From IMG/VR virus record IMGVR_UViG_3300044655_001643: a DNA stretch of 64,000 nt. One strand, given 5' to 3'. The position numbers were made by a program, and so were the translations under genes. Source of the stretch: a virus. Shown piece by piece: positions 49,356 through 58,963 of this stretch. The notes beneath the pieces are model-generated. The model saw only the letters and a program-made list of their open reading frames with translations. It did not search any database and was not told the origin of the DNA. How positions within the stretch are numbered: the first letter of the stretch is position 1; each line of letters begins with the position of its first letter.

Positions 49356-50117
49356 TTATGTTTTCTCTGAGATATCCTCAAACTTCAATTTAGCCAAAAT
49401 GTAATCTTTGACCAGGCTTGAACGAACAATATCATCTGGCGTAAATTCTATTCTTGTAAAAGCATCCATATGGTATGCAATATCAAAAAACTTCAACAAG
49501 CCAGATACATCGTTTTTCTTTTTGTTTAAGTCGGTTTGTCTGTAGTCACCACACCAAATGATCTTTGATCGATGGCCTACACGTGTCATCACCGTATCTA
49601 TTTCTTCAAAAGTCATATTCTGCATTTCATCAACGATGATAATTGCATCATCAAATGACATACCACGAATAAACGATGTTGAAATAAATTCAATGTGACC
49701 TTGTTCTTCTAGTCTATCCCATGCATCTTTGCGACCAAAAAGTGTTTCGCATATTTGACGATATGGTTGCTGATAGATTTCCATCTTCTCATCTACACTT
49801 CCAGGCAGATGTCCGATTTCTCTAGATTGTACTGCGGAACGAACAACAACAATTTTTTCAAAAGGATTACTTTTATCTAATACTTCTTCAATTGCTTTAT
49901 ATAATGCTGAAAACGTTTTACCTGTTCCAGCAACACCATGTAACGCTATAAAATAATCTTGCCTCTTATATGCATCAAAAAATGTTTTTTGATTTTCAGT
50001 TAGTGGTTGAAACGTTTTCATATCATCCAACCTTAGTCTTAATCTATTGGTTGGTTTTGGATAATCAGTTACTTCTTCACTGCTATAAACTTGCTTTAGT
50101 GCTGCTCTCCTTGCCAT
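49356..50117 (-). CDS. phoH: PhoH-family ATPase
   Basis: GVAGTGKT; IGHLPG; FIRGMSF; IIVDEMQN; GDYRQTD; DIVRS. Confidence 0.95.
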   Translation of the reverse strand: MARRAALKQVYSSEEVTDYPKPTNRLRLRLDDMKTFQPLTENQKTFFDAYKRQDYFIALHGVAGTGKTFSALYKAIEEVLDKSNPFEKIVVVRSAVQSREIGHLPGSVDEKMEIYQQPYRQICETLFGRKDAWDRLEEQGHIEFISTSFIRGMSFDDAIIIVDEMQNMTFEEIDTVMTRVGHRSKIIWCGDYRQTDLNKKKNDVSGLLKFFDIAYHMDAFTRIEFTPDDIVRSSLVKDYILAKLKFEDISEKT

Positions 50118-50158
50118 AAATGTTCCTTATATACGGACTACAGGTTAGCATAATACAA

Positions 50159-50461
50159 TTACTGCCCAAATTTTCCTAAATGTTTATCAACAATTTTTTG
50201 TGTTTGTGATTCTTTGATAGACTTCTTGCCGTGACGATTTGCCACAGAAGATTGTTTATGATTCTCGGAAACTTTTGATAGAACTTCTTTGAAACCGTCT
50301 GGTATTTTACCAGTGATTGATACGCCACTGACTGTAGCAGTGGCTCCTATGACTTGTTGGATGTGGGGATTTGCTTTCAGAAATTCTCCACGCTCAGATA
50401 TTTTCATCAGCGCAGAGAATTCTTCACCCGTTTCTGTATTATAAAAATCGTATGTCGGCAT
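50159..50461 (-). CDS. FmdB-like small protein (start corrected to MPTYDF)
   Basis: MPTYDF.N.ETGEEF...M.ISE...FL..NPH...PDGFKEVL.K. Confidence 0.75.
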   Translation of the reverse strand: MPTYDFYNTETGEEFSALMKISERGEFLKANPHIQQVIGATATVSGVSITGKIPDGFKEVLSKVSENHKQSSVANRHGKKSIKESQTQKIVDKHLGKFGQ

Positions 50462-50466
50462 TATTC

Positions 50467-51006
50467 TTATATAGTCAAGTACCAATCTGGGACTGGTCGT
50501 TTTTTCCATTTAGCCAGATGAATTTTATTCTTAGTATAATAATTTCGATAGGATTTTAGTGAATCATCTAACACTTTTACATCATCAGGCATTGCTGGCG
50601 TTGGTTCAGTAAAGAAACCAGTTTTGATGTTTTTAGGCACCACACTCAAAGCATTTATGAGTCTTTCACATGCATGATTCTTTTCATAGCGATAAGTGTA
50701 CTCGGTCAACAGACACCGCCACATATTGTACAACCAAATGTAATTCAAGTCCGATGCTCTGGCCCATACCGCAGATGGATGATTGATATGTGATGCTTTC
50801 ATGAGTTCTTGCTCACGTTCATCAGGCAAACGCCAACGCTTGATCTTTCGACCATTTGCAGTCAAATCAGTATATTCATCACCATCTAAGATACGATGCG
50901 CCGTTGACAAGAGTTGTGCATACTCAATAATCATTTTTACCACATGTTTATCATTGTGGTATTCGGCACAAATCTTAGGATCAGAATGAAGATAAAAGAC
51001 GTTCAT
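50467..51006 (-). CDS. Pyrimidine-dimer DNA glycosylase (DenV)-like family protein
   Basis: MNVFYL..DP..CA..H.DKHVVKM..E.AQLLSTAH...H.NHPSAVW...EY..RY.K.H. Confidence 0.75.
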   Translation of the reverse strand: MNVFYLHSDPKICAEYHNDKHVVKMIIEYAQLLSTAHRILDGDEYTDLTANGRKIKRWRLPDEREQELMKASHINHPSAVWARASDLNYIWLYNMWRCLLTEYTYRYEKNHACERLINALSVVPKNIKTGFFTEPTPAMPDDVKVLDDSLKSYRNYYTKNKIHLAKWKKRPVPDWYLTI

Positions 51007-51275
51007 TAGAAGCAAAGAAAACGGCAGTTTGTATTCACCGTCTGTGCTGCTGACGATTTATTCTGTAATTGAGTCTGGTGCAACTCTTTTAGATGTTGCA
51101 TTTTCAATTCTTGCTCACGTTTGTCCATGTCACGCTGCAATGCTTCGATCTTAGCAATTTGCGTTTTGATCAAATCATCATTGTTCAAACTTTGCGGATT
51201 ATGAATAGGATCTTTGTAAGTCGAACACGCTGTCAACGCTACAAAGGGTAAAATAAAAATAAGTTTAGTTTTCAT
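51006..51275 (-). CDS. Small lipoprotein
   Basis: MKTK, hydrophobic stretch, lipobox LTAC, then coiled coil. Confidence 0.7.
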   Translation of the reverse strand: MKTKLIFILPFVALTACSTYKDPIHNPQSLNNDDLIKTQIAKIEALQRDMDKREQELKMQHLKELHQTQLQNKSSAAQTVNTNCRFLCF

Positions 51276-51501
51276 CTTTGTCCTCAGGTGTCAATTTGCC
51301 CATGATATAAACGAGACCAATAAAGTGAACTGCTCCATACACGCCTGCCATAGCAAAGAGTGCCATGAATGTAGCAGCAATATAAAACTTTTGGCGCTCT
51401 GTGAATAAATTACCATAGAAATTAGCCGTTTCAATTGCTTGAACGGCTTGTGCTTCGAAATTTAAATACTTTGTTACAACCCAGTCTTTGAGTTTTGACA
51501 T
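51265..51501 (-). CDS. Small membrane protein (start corrected to MSKLKDW)
   Basis: SD GAGGTG; long C-terminal hydrophobic segment. Confidence 0.6.
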   Translation of the reverse strand: MSKLKDWVVTKYLNFEAQAVQAIETANFYGNLFTERQKFYIAATFMALFAMAGVYGAVHFIGLVYIMGKLTPEDKDEN

Positions 51502-51603
51502 TTTCACCTCATAAAAAGGAGGGGCACGTGGATGTCTCCCGACATTCATTGTTGTTTAATGATAAGCCTATTGTACCGCTGACGGCTATCACCCCGAAAC
51601 TGT

Positions 51604-52038
51604 TTAGTCGGTGAGTTCAGTCACCTCGATATCTTCTTCAACCTTTGCTTTTTTAGTTTTTGTTGCTTTTGGTTGAACGTCCGTGGTTAGATCGGACAGT
51701 TTTTCAATCTTGTTGGCATCACGACCAACGATAGACACAACATCAAAGCCACGTGGTGTCAGAAACTTTGCAACCATTTCTTGTGCATTGATGAGTTCGT
51801 AACCAATTACATTACGACCATTTTTGTTTGCACGAACAACACCGCCATTGTATTTGAGTGTGAGAATCTCAGCACCAATACGATACATATTATCATACTG
51901 CATTGTATCTTGAATCTCTTGCAAAGTAACAACACCGCCGTTACCAAGAACAGTCAAAAGACGTTCCCAACGAACAAGTTTGCCATTTTGTTTTGCTTTA
52001 CGCTGTGACCAATAATTGGCCGATTTAGTTTGAGCCAT
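51604..52038 (-). CDS. Hypothetical early protein (start corrected to MAQTKS)
   Basis: SD GGAG and a sigma70 promoter upstream. Confidence 0.65.
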   Translation of the reverse strand: MAQTKSANYWSQRKAKQNGKLVRWERLLTVLGNGGVVTLQEIQDTMQYDNMYRIGAEILTLKYNGGVVRANKNGRNVIGYELINAQEMVAKFLTPRGFDVVSIVGRDANKIEKLSDLTTDVQPKATKTKKAKVEEDIEVTELTD

Positions 52039-52069
52039 AATGAAACTCCATATCAACAGAAGAAATAAT

Positions 52070-52098
52070 AGTATAGCAAAGCCTGGACACTTTGTCAA
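52070..52098 (-). promoter_or_regulatory. Sigma70 promoter TTGACA-17-TATACT
   Basis: Read directly from the sequence. Confidence 0.85.
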
Positions 52099-52101
52099 GC
52101 A

Positions 52102-52494
52102 TTACAATACTTCGTTTTTCCGACCAAGACCTGCCGGATTCATGCCAGGAGTAACGTAAACATAGTTACCCTTGTGCATCGGAGCCGTACAGGATGCTAC
52201 ATCAGCCACAATCTCACGGTCGGTAGGTGAGAGTTTGTGATAATCTTTCATAATGCCAGTTTTAGTCAACGCACCTAAATGTGTATCTGGTAGTGATGGT
52301 ATGTGCTTTACCTCACGGATAACACGCCGAGGCATCACTGACTTTTCTTTTGTAACTTTGGGTGCAGCAGCCGGGAAACGACCACCAGACGGCAGTGGAA
52401 TACGATTGACAGAAGCAATGAAGTCTTGCTGATCTTGCAATTGCTTTTTAGTCAACTTGCGTTTCTTTGACTTGCTGTATATACGTATCATCAT
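52102..52494 (-). CDS. Basic hypothetical early protein
   Basis: Lys-rich N-terminus; APMHKGNYVYV motif. Confidence 0.7.
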   Translation of the reverse strand: MMIRIYSKSKKRKLTKKQLQDQQDFIASVNRIPLPSGGRFPAAAPKVTKEKSVMPRRVIREVKHIPSLPDTHLGALTKTGIMKDYHKLSPTDREIVADVASCTAPMHKGNYVYVTPGMNPAGLGRKNEVL

Positions 52495-52503
52495 AACAAT
52501 ACC

Positions 52504-52532
52504 ATTATATCAAGGGTTGAGCCACGTGTCAA
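52504..52532 (-). promoter_or_regulatory. Perfect sigma70 promoter TTGACA-17-TATAAT
   Basis: Read directly from the sequence. Confidence 0.9.
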
Positions 52533-52885
52533 GAGGTAACTTTCTCTTTTACCTTTGTGATATGCTTACATTTGTTGTGATATTTGAAACCAATGCAGGA
52601 ACAAGAATAATGCTTTCCTGACAACGTTACAATATAGTCACCTTTTGAGCCAGAAACTTTAAACTTACGGGTATTTGTTGTCGAACCTTTAAGTATTTTC
52701 AAATCGACAACATTTGCTAAATTGATAACAGAAACTGGAAAGTCTGGATTGCCAGTTTGTAAACAGAATTCGTCAGCGGAGAGCCAACGATAAGGATTGA
52801 CGACCACGCCGTTGAAACTGGCACGACCAGTGTAATATTGACAATTTATGGATACTGTCGAACCAATACTAGGCAGACTTTTCAT
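52529..52885 (-). CDS. SWIM zinc-finger protein (start corrected to MKSLPS)
   Basis: V.GSKG.Y.V......YSCSC.GF.Y...CKH. Confidence 0.8.
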   Translation of the reverse strand: MKSLPSIGSTVSINCQYYTGRASFNGVVVNPYRWLSADEFCLQTGNPDFPVSVINLANVVDLKILKGSTTNTRKFKVSGSKGDYIVTLSGKHYSCSCIGFKYHNKCKHITKVKEKVTS

Positions 52886-52894
52886 AGTATTACC

Positions 52895-52923
52895 ATTATA
52901 GTATGGTAACAATACTTTGTCAA
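52895..52923 (-). promoter_or_regulatory. Perfect sigma70 promoter TTGACA-17-TATAAT
   Basis: Read directly from the sequence. Confidence 0.9.
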
Positions 52924-52947
52924 GTCTGCCGTTGTATTTTTACAACG

Positions 52948-54957
52948 TTATGAAATTGCTAAGAAAAGAAATAAACCACCACTGCCATTGATTGCTGCTG
53001 GCGCTGTGCTACTAATTTCAAATCCTGAATTGAATGCATCAATATAGTCTGTGTTAGTAACTTCAGCCGCAGTTGAATTGATTATGAGGTATGGATCGTT
53101 ACCTGCCACAATACCTCTTGTGCTATCCCAAACATACCAAGCACCAGGATCTACATCATCATAACGTTTTATCATTACAAATCTTGCACCAGTAGTAAAG
53201 CCACAATCGATTTGTTTAGTTGTTCCGGAACCAACATAGCTGCCCACTTTAGACACTCCAGGACATGATGCAAATAGATAAGCAATAAAGGATCCTGCGT
53301 TTATATTTACATCGTTTGCATTATCAAGAGAAAATACAGAACTTGTGGGTGCTGTTGAATTCCATTTATTAGGCGTGGCAGGATCAGCATTGCCATTTGA
53401 ATTGAGAAATGCAGTTTCCGTTGGACCATATGCGGAATGATAAACAGGCCAGCTGGCTGATGAGTCACGCCTTTTGATAATCATCATCTCAGGCGCTACA
53501 CCCAAGTTATGTGCTATGGTTCTTGCTGAACCTGTTCCTGTATAAGCAACGATATCAAAGAAACCAGGAGCACGACGGAAAAACCAATTGATGTATGTTT
53601 TACCTGACGCATTTGTGCGTTCAGACGCCGATGAACCGAACCTTACTCCATCCATGGTGTCAAATCCAGCCATATCATCGGCTCCACCGGCTTCAGCATT
53701 TGTTGTAGTTGAAGTTAAAAAACGTGTTCCTCTTAAACGATCCCACCAGTATTTAAAAGGTTCTGGAGTTGTTGACGTCCTATTATCATCAAAAAGCAAA
53801 TCCGGAGTAAAGCCCACACCTGTAAGTGTGACTGCTGTGCTTGTGCCTGTTCTTGCGATTGCGTTATACACACTCGTTCCACTCGTCGGCGTTTTCATCG
53901 GTCGACGAATGGCTATGTAGATGTAGGTTTCATCTGCCCCAGCAAATTGACCGGCAGGCATACTGAATCCGTTTGCTCTTAACTGAACGCTGTAATCGCC
54001 TTCTGCGTTTGATAAATTTGGAAAAAGAACTCTTGACGTTGGATCGTTTGATGACTCGCCGTTTACCGCAGGCAAACCTCTCATGTTATCAACCACATAC
54101 CATTGAGATGTTGAATTGGAGCGTTTTATCAAAACCCACTGAGGCTCGTATCCAAGGTTAATATCAAGTCGAGTAGCACCAGTGCTAGTAAACGATCCAC
54201 AGCTAATCACATTGTCAGTATCAGTCAAGCCAAACCCGCCCGCATTGTGAGCGAATATGTATGCAATGTAAGACTCACCATTTGTATTTACTGTATCGGC
54301 AGTTCCTACTGTTATATGAGTGCTTGTCGGATTGGTGAAATAAAGTGCGTCGGAGTTGACTCCAAATGCATTTGTGCCGTTCAAAAGACCAAATGATCCA
54401 CTTGGACTTGATACTCCTCTGTTCCAAACTATCCAATCACCATTACTGCCAGTATTTAAACTTGTTTTTTTAATCATAACACAACCTGGCGTAGATTGGA
54501 GATTGTGTGGTATTTGTCGATTCGTAACACCATTACCTGTATATGTTACTATGTCAAAGAACTTAGGCTGCTTGCGGAATGTCCATGAAACGTATCTGTT
54601 TGAAGCTGTGTTAACGAAAGCTGCATCACCGATAGTAAAACCGTTTGAATTAAACGCTGTTAGTGAATTGCCGTTTTGCCCCTGAACATCTGTGCCATTG
54701 GATCGAAGAAAATTCGTAGCACCTCTAGCAGTGTCATAAAGAGAGTGAAAATTGGCTGCACTCCTATCTTTCAGCCAAACTAAACCGCCCTTTGTTGACA
54801 GGTCTATTCCATTGTTAACGGAAAAACCACTTCCATCCCCCGTATACACATATGTCGAGAATACATCTTCAACATAGACTTTTTCAGGAACAACAGCATT
54901 CCTAAAGCGCACATACGCTCCAATTGCACCTACACCCAATGTCGCTAAGAATGGCAT
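52948..54957 (-). CDS. Receptor-binding/fibre tip protein (paralogue of 17296..20187)
   Basis: EDVFSTYVYTG...KGGLVW; FAHNAGGFGLTDTDNVISCGS; RGIVAGNDP. Confidence 0.72.
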   Translation of the reverse strand: MPFLATLGVGAIGAYVRFRNAVVPEKVYVEDVFSTYVYTGDGSGFSVNNGIDLSTKGGLVWLKDRSAANFHSLYDTARGATNFLRSNGTDVQGQNGNSLTAFNSNGFTIGDAAFVNTASNRYVSWTFRKQPKFFDIVTYTGNGVTNRQIPHNLQSTPGCVMIKKTSLNTGSNGDWIVWNRGVSSPSGSFGLLNGTNAFGVNSDALYFTNPTSTHITVGTADTVNTNGESYIAYIFAHNAGGFGLTDTDNVISCGSFTSTGATRLDINLGYEPQWVLIKRSNSTSQWYVVDNMRGLPAVNGESSNDPTSRVLFPNLSNAEGDYSVQLRANGFSMPAGQFAGADETYIYIAIRRPMKTPTSGTSVYNAIARTGTSTAVTLTGVGFTPDLLFDDNRTSTTPEPFKYWWDRLRGTRFLTSTTTNAEAGGADDMAGFDTMDGVRFGSSASERTNASGKTYINWFFRRAPGFFDIVAYTGTGSARTIAHNLGVAPEMMIIKRRDSSASWPVYHSAYGPTETAFLNSNGNADPATPNKWNSTAPTSSVFSLDNANDVNINAGSFIAYLFASCPGVSKVGSYVGSGTTKQIDCGFTTGARFVMIKRYDDVDPGAWYVWDSTRGIVAGNDPYLIINSTAAEVTNTDYIDAFNSGFEISSTAPAAINGSGGLFLFLAIS

Positions 54958-54981
54958 TTTTTACCTCTGTTTTATTTTTGA

Positions 54982-55365
54982 TTATATGTTATGTATATTG
55001 GAATCAATCTCATCCCATTTATATTCTTCTTCATTCCATCGATATATCTTTTCATTATCTGGAGAATTGAAAGGTGGATTCCATAAACAAGTTTCTTCGT
55101 TCAATTGCCAAGACGGAAAAGGTTTAGGTGGTATGAAAGCATCTCTATCACTATCATAGTAATATCCTACGCCCGCATAATTTTTTCTAAAATTACTATT
55201 ATAGCTTGTTTGTTTCCACTGAGCATGGCCACCCGACCAATTGACCAAAAAGGATATACCAACTTCTTCTCTTTCAGTTCCGTTAGTGTCTAACAATTCA
55301 TTGTTATGAATCACTATTACGTCTATAACATTATTGTTATCATCTAGTTTTGCAAAATGTGCCAT
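54982..55365 (-). CDS. Accessory protein of Gly-rich fibre tips
   Basis: MAHFAKLD.NN.V..VIV...WKQTSYN..FRKNYAG.GY.YD..RDAFIPPKPFPSW. Confidence 0.65.
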   Translation of the reverse strand: MAHFAKLDDNNNVIDVIVIHNNELLDTNGTEREEVGISFLVNWSGGHAQWKQTSYNSNFRKNYAGVGYYYDSDRDAFIPPKPFPSWQLNEETCLWNPPFNSPDNEKIYRWNEEEYKWDEIDSNIHNI

Positions 55366-55368
55366 ATT

Positions 55369-58257
55369 TTAGAATGTAATTGTTCCTGAACCAGTCCAAG
55401 TATAAGTTTTGAAGCCACCAGAATTAGTGTAAGTTGGTGTTCCTGTAGTTGAATTGGCGTCAGCAAAAGTATCAGCATAACGAATGATTACAATTCCTGA
55501 ACCTCCTGAGCCTCCACCGCCTGGAGTGCCACCATCAACTCGACGGGAACCGCCTCCGCCACCGCCACCAGAATTTGTATTAGCGTTATTAGCAGAAGTA
55601 GTATAGTTGCCCAACACTCCCGAACCATTTCCTCCACCGCCTTGTCCACCGGAACCGCCTCGACCATCATATCCACTAGTGCCTAATCCACCTGCTCCAC
55701 CACCACCTGCATATGCAGTGTTCGAGCCGCTAATTGACGAGAATATTCCTATTCCACCATTTCCTCCTGTATACTGAGCAGGAGTTGCACTACCATTTAC
55801 TCCAACAGCGCCAGCGCCACCACCGCCACCCGAACCTTCTTCACCTGAACCAGCGGAACCACCATTTCTGCCTTGTCCAGCTGTACCAAGTCCAGCAAAT
55901 GTTGCTCTGTATCCTGAACCACCACCACTACCGCCACTAAATCCATAAGCACCTGTACCACCAACATAAGCACCACCACCGATGCCGCCACCACCGCCAC
56001 CTAAACTTGTAATTGATGCGAAAACTGAACTTGTACCATTAGATCCAAATCCATTTGTTCCACCTGCACCGCCACCAGCGCCTACAGTTACAGTAATGGG
56101 TACACCATTTACGGGTACTATTCTTCCTCTTTGTAAACCGCCAGCACCACCACCACCGCCGCCTGTATAGCCACCTGTAACTGAACCTCCGCCACCGCCG
56201 CCACCACCGCCGACAACAAGATATTCGACGGACGTAGGTGGTCCAGAAGCACTTGCTGATTTTGGAAATGCAGCAGTTGGTGCAGTAAAGTTAGATGTAT
56301 AACGAGCAATTCCTTTAGTGATACGTAGATCGTCGATATAACCATTCAATCCCTGCGTGGTGTTGAATGCGTTAATACCAATCCAAGGTCTTCCAGAAGC
56401 ATTGAGATAAGATGTCGAGTCTGTATAAGTAGAACCAGACTGTGTTCCGTTAATAAATAATCTCGTAGAGGTTCCAGAACGACTAACTGCTACATGATAC
56501 CATGTGCTTGAAGATAAAACAGAAGATGTGATTCTATCCGCACTGTCTACCCATAATCTAATTGTTCCGTCAGAATTTAAGTAGATAAGCGGATAATTAC
56601 CTTGAGTAGAAGCGGGACGTGAATCATAAACACATTGTATCGTATTTACGACATTAAAATAAATCCACATCTCAATCGTAAAATCTCCACCACCGAACGC
56701 ATACAAATCAGTTGCAGTAGGACTGCTTACAAGATAATCTCCCGTCCCATCAAATGCGATACTCGATCCACCAAACTTGCTTTGTGCCGTGCTTATTTTA
56801 GCATCACCTAAAGTTTCAAGAACGTTCTTTGCTGTAGCGTCTGTGATGCCGCCGTTGGTGAAGTTGCAAAGCAGTTGTGTGTTGGTGATTGCGGTAAGTG
56901 GTGCAGTTGGTGGGGTGAAGTTGGCGGTGTAAACGGCTGTGCCTACGACAATCCGGACGCTAGATAGGTAGCCGTTTGTAGAAATAGATTGTGATGGCCT
57001 ACCACCGACAACCATTGATGTTGTGGTTGCAGTTGACAAAGCTGATGATGATGAACCTACTTGTGTTCCATTGTAAAACAATCTTACCGTTGATCCAGAC
57101 CTTGTTCCCGCAATATGTGTCCAAGTCCCTGTTGGTGGAGGTGACACAGCAATAATATCAATAGATGCATCTCCAAGATAAACAGTACCACCATTGTTGT
57201 TAATATAAAAATTTGAACCAGAAACTAATGCCCAGTTTCCAGAAATTGAATATAGCCAACCTTCAACTGTCCAGTCACCGGTACCGGGAGTAAAGTTCTG
57301 TGAACCAGCTAGAGTAAGCCAATCTCCCGTTCCATCAAAGTATGCACTACCACCAACTGTTGCAGAAGTATATTCGGTTATAGGTGGAAACGGACTGAAG
57401 GCTTGAACGCTCACATTGCCGTTGCGGGTCAGAGTATAGTTATTGGTACTAGCATCAAAAAAACGATTGCTTCCACATGTCAACAGAACTGTATTGGTTA
57501 CAGCAGTAAGCGGCTCAGTGGATGGAGTAAAGCTGTTACCAGTGTAAAGAACTGAACCCTTCACCAACCGCAAGTTTGAAATATGGCCGTTGATGGCATA
57601 TGTTGATACGCCGCCATTCCAAGTGCCGATATCAAGAAGGTCGGCGTTGTCTGTCGGAATTGTCAAAGACGCAGACGCTTCCAACACTCCGCTTACATAT
57701 AGACTTACTGTACCGCTGGAAATTGTCACTGCAATGTGATACCAAACTCCAACAACAGGAACTGTCGTGGAAGAAATCGAGTTCCAAGAACCACTGTAAG
57801 TGGAAAAGCCGAATCTGCCAGAACCAACTCCCGTATCTGTCAATGAACGACTCAACCACCAACGGCTGTTGCTGCCACAGATAATATCTTGTCCACTAAG
57901 ATCAGAAAAATTGACCCACGCCTCTATTGTGTATGACGAGCCAAGAACCCAGTTGCTATTATTCGGCGCAGTAAGGTAACCAGTGGAGCCGTTAAAATAA
58001 TTACTCCATCCTGTCTGACTGAATGGACTAAAAGTTCCTTGTGTCGCATTACCATTACGAGTAATACTAAAATTATTCGTTGAAGAATCTACGAATACAT
58101 TATTGTTTGAATTATTTGTACCATCGCCAGACAGAAGCAAACTAACATATCCAAAAGGGGAATCTGAAGGTCCTGCTGCGGCAGAACCAAAACTCACTCT
58201 ACGAAATAGACCAAGCCCTCTTGCTGAACCAGCCGCAAACGAACCAATCGCTGGCAT
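55369..58257 (-). CDS. Adhesin with three LamG/ConA-like domains and a C-terminal Gly-rich domain
   Basis: Three (F/Y/W)T(I/V)E.W...W.H(I/V)A.....L(Y/F)..G...GY(I/L)...R units; VEYLVVGGGGGGG...GSGIVIIRY. Confidence 0.82.
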   Translation of the reverse strand: MPAIGSFAAGSARGLGLFRRVSFGSAAAGPSDSPFGYVSLLLSGDGTNNSNNNVFVDSSTNNFSITRNGNATQGTFSPFSQTGWSNYFNGSTGYLTAPNNSNWVLGSSYTIEAWVNFSDLSGQDIICGSNSRWWLSRSLTDTGVGSGRFGFSTYSGSWNSISSTTVPVVGVWYHIAVTISSGTVSLYVSGVLEASASLTIPTDNADLLDIGTWNGGVSTYAINGHISNLRLVKGSVLYTGNSFTPSTEPLTAVTNTVLLTCGSNRFFDASTNNYTLTRNGNVSVQAFSPFPPITEYTSATVGGSAYFDGTGDWLTLAGSQNFTPGTGDWTVEGWLYSISGNWALVSGSNFYINNNGGTVYLGDASIDIIAVSPPPTGTWTHIAGTRSGSTVRLFYNGTQVGSSSSALSTATTTSMVVGGRPSQSISTNGYLSSVRIVVGTAVYTANFTPPTAPLTAITNTQLLCNFTNGGITDATAKNVLETLGDAKISTAQSKFGGSSIAFDGTGDYLVSSPTATDLYAFGGGDFTIEMWIYFNVVNTIQCVYDSRPASTQGNYPLIYLNSDGTIRLWVDSADRITSSVLSSSTWYHVAVSRSGTSTRLFINGTQSGSTYTDSTSYLNASGRPWIGINAFNTTQGLNGYIDDLRITKGIARYTSNFTAPTAAFPKSASASGPPTSVEYLVVGGGGGGGGGSVTGGYTGGGGGGAGGLQRGRIVPVNGVPITVTVGAGGGAGGTNGFGSNGTSSVFASITSLGGGGGGIGGGAYVGGTGAYGFSGGSGGGSGYRATFAGLGTAGQGRNGGSAGSGEEGSGGGGGAGAVGVNGSATPAQYTGGNGGIGIFSSISGSNTAYAGGGGAGGLGTSGYDGRGGSGGQGGGGNGSGVLGNYTTSANNANTNSGGGGGGGSRRVDGGTPGGGGSGGSGIVIIRYADTFADANSTTGTPTYTNSGGFKTYTWTGSGTITF

Positions 58258-58259
58258 TT

Positions 58260-58919
58260 TTATCCTAGAGCAAAAAGAGTATTAGATGTGATAACGACAT
58301 AAGAATTTGATGCAGTTTTGAATATCGAGTAATTGAAAAGATTTATTTCAGAACTCGAAATTGAAACATTCGATGGCTTTGTGTTTCCTGCATAATACAA
58401 TGTTTGTTGCACACCATCGATTGAGAGATTCGCTTCATGACGCACCGTGCCATGTTTGACCGCTATTGCAATTGAAGTTGCACCAATTGAAGCAATATTG
58501 TCAAAAGTTGTACTATTATTTCCACGAATATTGAACGTTACATTGGCCGTTGTGTTCGCATTGAAGAAAAATACACTATTGTTAGATATATCGATATTGA
58601 CATTGCCACCAACAGCGATTGAGTTGATGTTTGCTTCTTCAAGAACTCTTGAGAGAGAAAGAGTAAGATTACTGGAAAGTGTGTTGCTTGAGATTGAACC
58701 AGCAACGATGTTGTTGGCACGAATTGAATTTGATGTGATGTTATTGCCAGATATAGCACCGGCAGAAAGATTATTACCTGATACGGCACCAGGACCTAGT
58801 TTTGAACCGATAACTGCTTGATCAGCAAGGTCAACCGATACAATCGTACCATTGGCAATTCCAACGTTTGTGACAGCATTTGCAGAGATGCTGTCAACGG
58901 TAATTTTGTCTAAAGGCAT
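58260..58919 (-). CDS. Fibre linker protein (paralogue of 1759..2538)
   Basis: GNNI repeats; LSRVLEEAN...NANTTANVTFN...KHG..RH.ANL.IDG..QTLYY.GNT.P. Confidence 0.75.
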   Translation of the reverse strand: MPLDKITVDSISANAVTNVGIANGTIVSVDLADQAVIGSKLGPGAVSGNNLSAGAISGNNITSNSIRANNIVAGSISSNTLSSNLTLSLSRVLEEANINSIAVGGNVNIDISNNSVFFFNANTTANVTFNIRGNNSTTFDNIASIGATSIAIAVKHGTVRHEANLSIDGVQQTLYYAGNTKPSNVSISSSEINLFNYSIFKTASNSYVVITSNTLFALG

Positions 58920-58937
58920 AGTAGTCTCCTATTCGCT

Positions 58938-58945
58938 TATTTATA
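58938..58945 (-). promoter_or_regulatory. Consensus T4 late promoter TATAAATA
   Basis: Exact consensus at the head of the second fibre island, followed by SD AGGAG. Confidence 0.8.
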
Positions 58946-58963
58946 CGAACAAGAGACTTGACT

